This document shows, piece after piece, positions 40,649-49,217 of a stretch of DNA of 64,000 nucleotides. Under the pieces are notes generated by a model. That model ran no database searches. It was not told the DNA's origin and was given only the letters and a program-made list of their open reading frames with translations. Position 1 is the first letter of the stretch. Each line of letters opens with the position of its first letter. The translations under genes and the position numbers were made by a program. This stretch comes from an uncultured Gammaproteobacteria bacterium (lineage in GTDB: Bacteria > Patescibacteriota > Microgenomatia > Woykebacterales > RBG-16-39-9b), in assembly GCA_964367355.1 (NCBI GenBank), contig CAYIWY010000001.1:100340-164339 (forward strand), given 5' to 3'.

Positions 40649-41376
40649 TACTTGACACCCCTATTTACGTTGGTTGCAAGCCATTCAAAGATTTTCTGGT
40701 TGTAATCAGCCACTTTCTCCTCGGTTGCATTATCTAGCGAATGTGTAACTCCCTTGACAGGAATAACCTCGGGTTTGAATGCATTTGCGTAGGCATCTGT
40801 TGTTTCCCTTGGTATTTCCTCATCGAGTTCGTGAACAACAAGTAGAACCTTACCTTCAAACTCGGAAGCACGAGCGAGTAATGGATGGTTCTTTAAATCC
40901 TCTACATTGTGCCTAAATGCTTGTGTACCATCCCTGTCTTCATTTTTTATCAGAGTGTAAAACTCTGACGGTTTGTAGATTGCTGGTGCTCGTAAAATGA
41001 GACCATCAAATTTCCGATACTTAGTAAGCTGAGTTGCCAAAAAACCACCATAGCTTGAACCGATTACAAAGAACTTGCGGTTAGGATACTTTTCCTTCAT
41101 CCAATCAAAAACAGTTATTACCTCTAGAAAATGTTGGGCTGGTCTAGTTTCTTCGATGTTAAATGGACTATCGCCGTGTCCAGAATAATCAAAAATTAGA
41201 GATGTAAAGCCAGGTTCTTCGGCCAGTCTTGGTAAAAGATTTTGGTAATGTTTTTTGGTTCGGTGTGATGTTCTGCCAATTAGCGAAAGCAATAAAGCAC
41301 CATTTTTGCTGCCTTCATAAATATCCGCTTTCACCGCGTAACCTTTACATTCGATATCAGTGGTAATTGGCTTCAT
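40648..41376 (-). CDS. Alpha/beta hydrolase
   Basis: DYSGHGDS, GSSYGG nucleophile elbow, D and H catalytic candidates. Confidence 0.9.
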   Translation of the reverse strand: MKPITTDIECKGYAVKADIYEGSKNGALLLSLIGRTSHRTKKHYQNLLPRLAEEPGFTSLIFDYSGHGDSPFNIEETRPAQHFLEVITVFDWMKEKYPNRKFFVIGSSYGGFLATQLTKYRKFDGLILRAPAIYKPSEFYTLIKNEDRDGTQAFRHNVEDLKNHPLLARASEFEGKVLLVVHELDEEIPRETTDAYANAFKPEVIPVKGVTHSLDNATEEKVADYNQKIFEWLATNVNRGVK

Positions 41377-41593
41377 TTTGTCTCCAACATAGACTTAATA
41401 GTAACTAATTGATTGTATATTACACCAAAAATGCTGGAATGGCAGCTATTGAGATAAACACAATTTAGTTGACTAATTTACCTTTATACAACAATCAATA
41501 TCAGACGAGCAAATTTGACTTTGGGTACGTACCTGATACAATTAACTTAATTAGTAATTTATATTGTTCTGTCAGTCAAAAGAAGCTATTAAT

Positions 41594-41818
41594 ATGGCTA
41601 TTTTAACATCTAATTATGCGACAGCTTGGGGACAAGGAAATACGGTTAAAATTTCAAACGGGAAACCAAAAGGCTTTGAAACAGAGTTTGCAATTCCAGA
41701 ACTTTTTCCAAAGTGGGTCTGGGTACGCTATCACTTACCTTGGGATAAATTTATTCCGTTATATAACGAACAACTATCGAAGCTGGACGTCCACGAAATA
41801 GCCTCAAAGGTTCGATAA
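41594..41818 (+). pseudogene. Truncated DUF488-like gene
   Basis: TSNY...P..F..L.P.W...Y.EQLSKLD matches the N-terminal part, but the ORF stops before the LLC.E...CHR motif. Confidence 0.5.
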
Positions 41819-41856
41819 TATTTTAGGGTTAAATGAGTTTCTAAGTTCAAAAACCT

Positions 41857-41931
41857 TGGTCGGGGTGAGAGGAATCGAACCTCCGACATCAGGACCCCCA
41901 GCCCTGCGTTCTACCACTGAACTACACCCCG
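41857..41931 (-). tRNA. tRNA-Pro(GGG)
   Basis: CGGGGTG TA GTTC AGTGGTA GAAC G CAGGG CTGGGGG TCCTG ATGTC GGAGG TTCGATT CCTCT CACCCCG ACCA. Confidence 0.97.
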
Positions 41932-41975
41932 CAATTATTCGATTAGTGAAGTGGGAGGACAAGTCGCAGTCTAGC

Positions 41976-41996
41976 CTACCACTGAACTACACCCCG
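41976..41996 (-). repeat. 21-bp duplication of the tRNA-Pro 5' end
   Basis: ctaccactgaactacaccccg identical to 41911-41931. Confidence 0.85.
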
Positions 41997-42003
41997 TAAG
42001 TGA

Positions 42004-42417
42004 TTAAATTTTTAAATTCTTTAACAAAGCGATATTCCCAGCTTCTTTTGTTTTTTCGAAATACTTTTCGTCGGCGGTTACAAAAGTATAGTTAAGCAAT
42101 TTAGCAAGTACGTGATAAGAAGCATCGTAAAATGAAACGTTAAAGGTTTTTGCAAAAGTTCCAATTTCGATTAGTTCTGTATGGTTAAAGTTATGCTGTC
42201 GGAATCCGATTTCAAGTAGATAAGGGTAAAGTTCCTCAAAACCGACATTTTTTCTTATCAATGTATTTCCAACCTCAAACAACCAAAAGCTTGGCAAGAC
42301 AATATCAGCTTGACCCTCCTGAAAAAGTTTAAGAATAGCCAAAGCAATTTGTTGATCTTCTTCGTTTTCAACAAGAGTTATCTTGAGTATTACCGAGGCG
42401 TCAATAACGAGTTTCAT
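42004..42417 (-). CDS. VapC-family PIN toxin
   Basis: VIDASVILK, EVGNTL, SFYDASY, VTAD. Confidence 0.92.
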   Translation of the reverse strand: MKLVIDASVILKITLVENEEDQQIALAILKLFQEGQADIVLPSFWLFEVGNTLIRKNVGFEELYPYLLEIGFRQHNFNHTELIEIGTFAKTFNVSFYDASYHVLAKLLNYTFVTADEKYFEKTKEAGNIALLKNLKI

Positions 42418-42430
42418 CTAGAAGGGGTTA

Positions 42431-42670
42431 CTAGTGACTGTTTCTATCCTCTCTTACCCATTTAACAATAGTTCCAGGAGGTAGAGGCTTCTGACCCTTT
42501 CTAAGTTCCAAGAGTCTTTCGTAAATCCCTTCTTTATTTCGTTCTTGCAAGGCTTTTTCCGTAGCACCTACGACTAAGTTGCTACGACTTCCTACGGGGA
42601 TTCTTCTCAATTTTTCAGCTACTTCTCTGGGGAAGATAATATTTATGCGTTCAAAACTTGATTTTTTCAT
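42431..42670 (-). CDS. Cognate antitoxin (RHH-like)
   Basis: Small basic ORF upstream of PIN, ends VREDR. Confidence 0.75.
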   Translation of the reverse strand: MKKSSFERINIIFPREVAEKLRRIPVGSRSNLVVGATEKALQERNKEGIYERLLELRKGQKPLPPGTIVKWVREDRNSH

Positions 42671-42731
42671 ACGTTAACAATACATCACTCAATACACACC
42701 GTCAATAGTTACGTGCCTCGAATAATAAAGG

Positions 42732-42758
42732 GATCCTTCGACTACGATCAGGATGACA
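42732..42758. repeat. REP-like element (GTCATCCTGA..GTAGTCGAAGGATC type); related fused pair at 47868-47919
   Basis: gatccttcgactacgatcaggatgaca; gtcatctcgaggctttttgccgagagatctctcactgaggttcgagacgac. Confidence 0.6.
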
Positions 42759-42885
42759 AGGTCTATTTAAATGTCTTGCTAGAATAAGGAGTGTTAGTTT
42801 GTTCTATTTAGAGAGCGTTGTATAGTAATTGCTTTTGTGTTACTTTTTAAGTAATTAACTTTTGATCAATTGAAAGGAAAACCAA

Positions 42886-43938
42886 GTGGAAAACCAAAAA
42901 CTAGAAGCTATTAAAGCGGCGATGGGTCAGATCGAAAAGCAGTTTGGTAAAGGCTCGATCATGAAACTGGGTGATTCTGGTAGTAAGATGATCATCGATG
43001 TCATCCCAACCGGAGTTATGGGTTTGGATCTCGCCCTTGGAGTTGGAGGTCTACCAAAGGGTAGAATCATCGAAATTTTTGGTCCCGAGGGTGGTGGAAA
43101 AACTACTTTGGCGCTGCATGTTGTTAAAGAAGCCCAGAAAAAAGGTGGAATTGCGGCTTTTGTTGACGCGGAACATGCTCTTGATCCTTCACGGGCAGCC
43201 AGTATCGGGGTGGATATCAAAGAACTTTTGATTTCTCAACCGGACACCGGGGAGCAGGCTCTCGAAATCGTTGAAACTTTAGTTCGTTCTGGTGCCGTGG
43301 ATGTTGTCGTCATTGACTCAGTCGCCGCTCTTGTCCCAAGAGCTGAGGTGGAAGGGGAAATGGGCGACTCGTTTATTGGTTTGCAAGCGCGGTTGATGAG
43401 TCAGGCAATGCGCAAACTTTCGAGTGCAATTTCCAAATCTCACACCCTTGTAATTTTCATTAACCAACTGCGGGAAAAGGTGGGTGTTATGTTTGGAAAT
43501 CCTGAGGTTACTCCGGGCGGTCGAGCTTTAAAATTTTATTCCTCAGTTAGGCTCGATGTCCGCAGAGTTGAATCGATTACTGAAGGACAAGTTGTTACCG
43601 GTAGTCGAGTTAAAGTGAAAGTTGTTAAAAACAAAGTCGCCCCGCCTTTCCGAACAGTTGAATTTGACATTATGTTTGATAAAGGAATCTCTAGCGAAGG
43701 TTCTCTGCTCGATGCTGCGGTCGAAACCAGTGTGGTTGGAAAATCAGGAGCCTGGTTTCAATACGGCGGTCAAAATATTGCCCAGGGTCGGGAAGCTGCC
43801 AAAATATATTTAACTGAGAATCCCAAAGTTTTCACTGAAATTGAGAAAAAAGTCAAAGACGCTTTTGCCAAGGGTGGCGCTCCAATGGATATGAAAGAAG
43901 CTTCGGAAGATACCGAAGAGGAAGAAAAATCCAAGTAA
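42886..43938 (+). CDS. recA: Recombinase A
   Basis: [31 protein letters not shown]. Confidence 0.99.
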   Translation: MENQKLEAIKAAMGQIEKQFGKGSIMKLGDSGSKMIIDVIPTGVMGLDLALGVGGLPKGRIIEIFGPEGGGKTTLALHVVKEAQKKGGIAAFVDAEHALDPSRAASIGVDIKELLISQPDTGEQALEIVETLVRSGAVDVVVIDSVAALVPRAEVEGEMGDSFIGLQARLMSQAMRKLSSAISKSHTLVIFINQLREKVGVMFGNPEVTPGGRALKFYSSVRLDVRRVESITEGQVVTGSRVKVKVVKNKVAPPFRTVEFDIMFDKGISSEGSLLDAAVETSVVGKSGAWFQYGGQNIAQGREAAKIYLTENPKVFTEIEKKVKDAFAKGGAPMDMKEASEDTEEEEKSK

Positions 43939-44029
43939 AAGAAAAGCCTGAGAATTTGCAATGAATTTAATCATAACAACCGCCCAGGCTTCACGACTGT
44001 GTTATTAGTCCCACTTTTGGGTGGTGAGA

Positions 44030-44305
44030 CTAGATGGGCAGAAATCGTCTGAATATACCCCTCCCTTTCTTTGCTTCCTGATCGACTTTCTTCTTGAGGC
44101 GCATGACCTTGGTGCCAGGTGGAACGAACGCCTCGATTTCAGATCTCCCGTCAAGTGTAACGTACCATCTCCGAAAACCCTTAGTTTCCGAAGCAGTTTT
44201 CACCCCACAAACCAGATCGAGCCAACGGAAGTGGTCGAAGTTTGTTATTTTCTCGACCTCCACCATCACGTCGTCTTCCCATTCTCCCAGATTGAACGGT
44301 TTCAT
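44030..44305 (-). CDS. Hypothetical protein
   Basis: 91-aa ORF with upstream RBS-like GGAAGG and tataat box. Confidence 0.5.
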   Translation of the reverse strand: MKPFNLGEWEDDVMVEVEKITNFDHFRWLDLVCGVKTASETKGFRRWYVTLDGRSEIEAFVPPGTKVMRLKKKVDQEAKKGRGIFRRFLPI

Positions 44306-44378
44306 TTGTTTGACCTTCCTTTGAAATAATGCTTGTTCCCCACATTATACCAGATTTTAGTTGTATAATCAAGTTATT

Positions 44379-45038
44379 ATGAGTTTAATAAGTGACATCC
44401 AACCCCAAAAGAAAAACCCAAAAAGAGTCAACATTTTTATTGATGGGGATTTTGCTTTTGGTATTTCCCGCGAATCAAAAATTGTTAACCAAATTAAAAT
44501 CGGAGAGACGTTAACAGAGAAAAAAACACAGGAGTTAATTTTTAAAGACCAAGTTGAGCGGCTTTATGAAAAAGCGATTAAATTTCTTTCCTACCGCCCA
44601 AGATCGGAAAAAGAAATCCGCGATAACCTGCTGCAAAAACTTAAACTAACTGATAAAGGCGAGGAGGAAAAGAAGAATTTTCAGAAATCGATAGAACAGG
44701 TTTTAGATAAATTAAGGAAACTAGAACTGGTTAACGATCGGGAGTTTACCATTTGGTGGGTCGAGCAGCGGACTAAATTTAGAAAGTCCTCTCCGCGAAT
44801 AATAAAATCAGAATTATTCAAAAAAGGAATCGATAAAGAAATTATTGAGCAGGTGCTGAACGAGGCGGAAATTGATCCTTTTCAACTGGCACTTGAAGGG
44901 GCCAAAAAGAAACTTTCCCTCTACCGTCGACTGGCACCAAAAGAATTTCGCGAAAAAACGAGTCGATTTCTTGCCTCAAAAGGTTTTGATTGGGAAGTCA
45001 TAAAACGAGTCGTTGACACATTAAGTAAAGAAGAGTAA
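44379..45038 (+). CDS. recX: Regulatory protein RecX
   Basis: LSYRPRSEKEI, ELFKKGI, FLASKGF; follows recA. Confidence 0.93.
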   Translation: MSLISDIQPQKKNPKRVNIFIDGDFAFGISRESKIVNQIKIGETLTEKKTQELIFKDQVERLYEKAIKFLSYRPRSEKEIRDNLLQKLKLTDKGEEEKKNFQKSIEQVLDKLRKLELVNDREFTIWWVEQRTKFRKSSPRIIKSELFKKGIDKEIIEQVLNEAEIDPFQLALEGAKKKLSLYRRLAPKEFREKTSRFLASKGFDWEVIKRVVDTLSKEE

Positions 45039-45141
45039 AATTGGTGTGAAACTTTTTATTGAAAGTTTCTTGTTCTATCAATCATTTATCGACATTAGAA
45101 AGGTCCCGAACTTTTTTGGGAAAATAAGGTGAATACAATTT

Positions 45142-46647
45142 ATGGATCCAATAATAATAGGAATTATCGCCCTCCTTGTGGGTGGTGTTGGAGTTTATGG
45201 TTACCAGAACGTAATTGTTCCGCGTTTAGCTAAATCTCAAAAAACTAAGGGTAAAGAAGAAAAAGATGAAAAAAGCGAATCTACCGATGCGCGGGAGATA
45301 ATTTTGGATGCGAAAAATGAAGCCCTGAAAATTAAGCGTGAAGCTGAAGAAGAAACTCGCAAAGTTCGCAGCGAAGTTATGCAGCTTGAAGCAAGAATTG
45401 CTGCTAAGGAAGAAAGTCTAGACAAGAGAATCAGCGAAGCTGAAAGAAAGGAAAGTGGAATTAGGGTAAAAGATGAGGAACTCGAAAAAATGCGCACAGA
45501 ACTGGCGGCGAAACTTGAAAAAACTGCCGGTATTACACGTGAAGAAGCCAAAAAATTAATTTTGGACGCAACCGAAAGTAAGCTTAAAGATGAGGTTTCA
45601 CGAAGAATTAAAGAAGCCGAAGATCAGATTAAAAAAGAAGCTGATGAAAAGGCCAAAAATATTTTAGTCGATGCGATGCGGGCCGGAGCCACCGATTATG
45701 TTCCCGAATACACAACTTCGATTGTTCGTTTGCCGGATGAGGATATGAAAGGTCGGATAATCGGTCGAGAAGGACGCAATATCAAGGCTTTTGAAAATGC
45801 GACCGGAGTTGATGTTGATCTTGATGACTCACCTGGGACGATTCGTCTTTCGTGTTTTGACGGTGAGCGTCGGGAAATCGCAAAAATCGCTTTGGAAAAA
45901 TTGATGGCTGATGGACGAATCCAACCAACCAGAATTGAAGAGGTTGTTGAACAATTAAGAAAGGATTTTGTTAAAATCCGCCGTGAAGAAGGTGAAAAAC
46001 TTTGTAGTATGGCGGGAGTTCACAATTTGCCAAATGAGTTGGTCGAAACTCTTGGACGTTTTAAGTGGCGTTATTCTTATGGACAAAGTCTTTTTTTACA
46101 CACACTGGAAGAAACCAAAATTGCCATGGCGATCGCCAGAATGGTTGGAGCTGATGTAAACACTGTCCGACTTGGTTGTCTATTTCACGACATTGGTAAA
46201 GTGTTCACTGGAGAGCAAGAAGGTTCTCATGTCCAGCTGGGAGTTGATTACTTAAAGAAATTCAATATTGATCAAAAAATTATTAACTGTGTTGGTGAGC
46301 ACCACGAAGATAAACCTTTTTCCAGCGTTGAAAGTATCATTGTCTACATTGCTGATGCGATTTCCGGATCTCGTCCTGGTGCTCGTCATGAAGAAGTTGA
46401 AGACTATATAAAACGCGTAACCGAAATTGAAAACGTCGCCAGTTCCTTCAAAGGGGTTGATAAATCTTTTGCCATCTCCGCCGGACGGGAGGTTCGTGTT
46501 ATAGTGTATCCAGAGCAAGTTGACGATGCAACTCTGACGATTCTAGCAAACAATATTGCCGAGAAGATACATGATACCCTTACCTATCCAGGAACTGTTA
46601 AAGTTACAGTAATGCGGGAAACTAGGGCCGAATCGGTTGCAAAATGA
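45142..46647 (+). CDS. rny: Ribonuclease Y
   Basis: TM plus coiled coil, KH motif MKGRIIGREGRNI, HD motif HDIGK. Confidence 0.98.
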   Translation: MDPIIIGIIALLVGGVGVYGYQNVIVPRLAKSQKTKGKEEKDEKSESTDAREIILDAKNEALKIKREAEEETRKVRSEVMQLEARIAAKEESLDKRISEAERKESGIRVKDEELEKMRTELAAKLEKTAGITREEAKKLILDATESKLKDEVSRRIKEAEDQIKKEADEKAKNILVDAMRAGATDYVPEYTTSIVRLPDEDMKGRIIGREGRNIKAFENATGVDVDLDDSPGTIRLSCFDGERREIAKIALEKLMADGRIQPTRIEEVVEQLRKDFVKIRREEGEKLCSMAGVHNLPNELVETLGRFKWRYSYGQSLFLHTLEETKIAMAIARMVGADVNTVRLGCLFHDIGKVFTGEQEGSHVQLGVDYLKKFNIDQKIINCVGEHHEDKPFSSVESIIVYIADAISGSRPGARHEEVEDYIKRVTEIENVASSFKGVDKSFAISAGREVRVIVYPEQVDDATLTILANNIAEKIHDTLTYPGTVKVTVMRETRAESVAK

Positions 46648-46686
46648 TTATAAGAAGATTTTAAGCCCGAAGGGCGCAGGATTCGT

Positions 46687-47475
46687 ATGCGAATACTATT
46701 CATCGGAGACATTGTAGCCAAGCAAGGTCGAAAAGCAGTTGCGGCTGTTCTTCCAGACCTGCGTAAAAAAGAAAAAATTGATTTGGTAGTTGGCAACATT
46801 GAAAATTTGTCACATGGAAAAGGTGCAACGAAAGAAAGAGTTGAGGAGTTGAGAGAAATGGGTGTGGACATTTTTACTTCCGGAAATCATATTTGGTTTA
46901 AGCAAGAGTTTATGGAAAGTTTGGATAATGATCCGACTGTCTTACGTCCAGCCAATTATCCAGCGGATAACCCAGGTGTTGGTTTCACAATTACAAAAGT
47001 TTCACGAAAAAAAATATTGGTGATAAATCTGTTAGGTAAGCAATGGATTGATCAGCCGGTTGATGAACCGTATAGAAGTATTGACGCGATTTTAACTGAA
47101 CAAGTCGCCAAGGAAAAACCAGATTTTATTTTGGTCGATTTTCATGCGGAGGCAACCAGTGAAAAAAATGCTATGGCTTGGTTTTTAGATGGCCGTGTCA
47201 CAGCACTGGTCGGAACCCATACTCATATTCCGACTGCTGATCCTTGGGTATTGCCGGGCGGAACTGCGTTTGTAACTGATGTTGGTATGAGTGGTGCTAG
47301 ACACTCTGTTTTAGGTGTAGTTCCGGAAATAGTTATTAAGAAACAAAAAGATACAGGGCCTGCTCGATTTGAATGGGTAGAAACCGGACCCAAAGTTTTC
47401 AACTCAGTTTTAGTGGAAACCGACAAAAAAATGAAAGCCAAATCTATCAAACGAATTGATCGGGTTATTGATTAA
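46687..47475 (+). CDS. ymdB: YmdB-family metallophosphoesterase (TIGR00282)
   Basis: GDIV, GNH, RPANYP, DFHAEATSEK, GTHTH. Confidence 0.95.
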   Translation: MRILFIGDIVAKQGRKAVAAVLPDLRKKEKIDLVVGNIENLSHGKGATKERVEELREMGVDIFTSGNHIWFKQEFMESLDNDPTVLRPANYPADNPGVGFTITKVSRKKILVINLLGKQWIDQPVDEPYRSIDAILTEQVAKEKPDFILVDFHAEATSEKNAMAWFLDGRVTALVGTHTHIPTADPWVLPGGTAFVTDVGMSGARHSVLGVVPEIVIKKQKDTGPARFEWVETGPKVFNSVLVETDKKMKAKSIKRIDRVID

Positions 47476-47585
47476 ATTACTTTTTTTACTAAAGGAGGTG
47501 ACAAAATGTTAAAAGTAAGAACCTAGTTGAAATTTGCTAAAATTATTATTGCAAATTTCTCCTAGAACCTTGCTTTTTATTGACA

Positions 47586-47861
47586 ATGTTAAAAGTAGAT
47601 ATTATTGAAAAAGTTGCAAAAGAAGTTAGATTAACTCGTAAAGCAGCCAAAGAAGCAGTTGATGCTACATTTTCTGCAATTGAGGATTCTTTGCAAAAAG
47701 GAGATAAGGTTGTTATCTCTGGTTTTGGAACATTTATTATTCGTGGCCGCCGCGCTCGAACTGGAAGGAATCCTAAAACTGGACAAAGCCTGCAACTTCC
47801 GCAAATGAATACAATTGGTTTTATTGCTGCGAAAAGTATTAAAAAGAGCGTTCGAAAGTGA
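47586..47861 (+). CDS. hup: HU family DNA-binding protein
   Basis: GFGTF, RTGRNPKTG. Confidence 0.95.
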   Translation: MLKVDIIEKVAKEVRLTRKAAKEAVDATFSAIEDSLQKGDKVVISGFGTFIIRGRRARTGRNPKTGQSLQLPQMNTIGFIAAKSIKKSVRK

Positions 47862-47925
47862 CCTAAGGTCATCTCGAGGCTTTTTGCCGAGAGATCTCTC
47901 ACTGAGGTTCGAGACGACAATAAGG

Positions 47926-48228
47926 CTACACTAGGTCGTCTTCGTCTGGTAAAATTGATGGGACATTTTCTTGAGGTTCGTTACTTTCCCGATTTTCATA
48001 TTTTGGTTGTCTTGGGGTAACTTCTCCTTGGTCAGAAAATTTTTGAACTCTTCCAATAACTCCGTTTGCTAAACGAACTTTATGGCCTCTAGGGTGCTCG
48101 GGTCTGGAGGTTAGAACGTCCTTAACAGTTCCTTCAACATAGTCCTCTGTGCCGTAATCTACCTTTTGGATGACAAAAACTTTGTCTCCTGGTTTTGGTT
48201 TTCGACTGCCAACAATATAATCTGCCAT
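47926..48228 (-). CDS. YwbE (DUF2196) family protein
   Basis: GTVKDVLTS..HPRGHKVRL..G.IGRVQ. Confidence 0.85.
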   Translation of the reverse strand: MADYIVGSRKPKPGDKVFVIQKVDYGTEDYVEGTVKDVLTSRPEHPRGHKVRLANGVIGRVQKFSDQGEVTPRQPKYENRESNEPQENVPSILPDEDDLV

Positions 48229-48342
48229 TTTTGAGTCCCCGAAAAAATATAGATCGCTAAAGCGCTCTGCGCTTGAAGACAATCTTCGACCATAATATAA
48301 TAAAATTCTTAGTTTTTCAAAAACAACTTGCTAGACGATATA

Positions 48343-49170
48343 TTAATCAATAAAGAAAACTTCCCTTTTTCTTTTAAAATCAGTTTGGACGTGTTCGGCT
48401 TGGTCGTTAATTACTTTGTGATATTCGTGGCAATTTTTACAATAACCGATCTCAGCACTGCAGGGAAAATCTTGAAATTTAATTGCATCTCCCATTTTGG
48501 CAGCCTTTTCTTTAACAGTTTCTAAAGTTTTACTAAGGTCAGGAATTTTCATCTCTACTGGTTCGTCGTCTCGATCAAGATACCAATAACTTATCTTGGC
48601 GACTGGTTTTTTTAAAACATGTTTTGCTAAAATTGCATAAATCGGCAGTTGCAGAGACTCCTCACCTTCTTCTTTTCCGGTTTTAAAGTCTAGGATATGC
48701 AAACCTTCGGGTGTTTCTTCGAGCCAATCAAAATTTCCCACCAAAACGACATCATCTTCCCCGACCAAAGGAAACTTAGGAAAATTAACTCGGATTGGAC
48801 TACCTTTAGAAAAATAACTATTTTTCATAAAGCGCTCAAGCATTGCCTCTCCGCGCTCCTTAAATTCTTTTTCTTGAGACTCGTCTTTAAAGCCGCCAAT
48901 TCGTCCTGGTTTCAGATGCCAACCACGTTTATATTCATAAACAAGTCGGTCCAGAGTCCGGTGTTCTGGTTCGTAACGTTGTAGAAAGTTATCAATTGCA
49001 TCATGAACTGCTTCGCCCAGAGAAAGGTAAGGTGAGGCAACCTGCAAACGAAAGTTGTTGCCATATTTTTTGTCACGATAAAGATTGCGCAGGTAGTAAA
49101 GTTGCTTACACTTTTCAAAATCGCCGAGGGAAGTATGTGAAATCCAAATTGTGTTGGGGTTGTAGGCCAT
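48343..49170 (-). CDS. PD-(D/E)XK nuclease family protein (RecB/Cas4-like)
   Basis: SHTS...C, G...H, GNFD, LDFKTG, QLPIY, C-terminal Cys cluster. Confidence 0.88.
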   Translation of the reverse strand: MAYNPNTIWISHTSLGDFEKCKQLYYLRNLYRDKKYGNNFRLQVASPYLSLGEAVHDAIDNFLQRYEPEHRTLDRLVYEYKRGWHLKPGRIGGFKDESQEKEFKERGEAMLERFMKNSYFSKGSPIRVNFPKFPLVGEDDVVLVGNFDWLEETPEGLHILDFKTGKEEGEESLQLPIYAILAKHVLKKPVAKISYWYLDRDDEPVEMKIPDLSKTLETVKEKAAKMGDAIKFQDFPCSAEIGYCKNCHEYHKVINDQAEHVQTDFKRKREVFFID

Positions 49171-49217
49171 AAACGATAGTTTATCACTTTTAAATTAATT
49201 TATGGTAGACTGGCCTC

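Noticed and set aside
33676-41931. Classical integron attC cassettes
   Set aside because: No RYYYAAC/GTTRRRY inverted cores and no IntI; cargo genes are in mixed orientation with their own promoters.
42781-42810. LexA box upstream of recA
   Set aside because: Only a half-site-like GTTC is visible; no convincing palindrome or direct repeat.
44021-44372. Alternative overlapping ORFs between recA and recX
   Set aside because: Only 44030-44305 (-) has a plausible RBS, promoter and composition; the others are shadows.
48343-49170. Cas4 of a CRISPR system
   Set aside because: Solo PD-(D/E)XK nuclease in a housekeeping context with no array or other cas genes.
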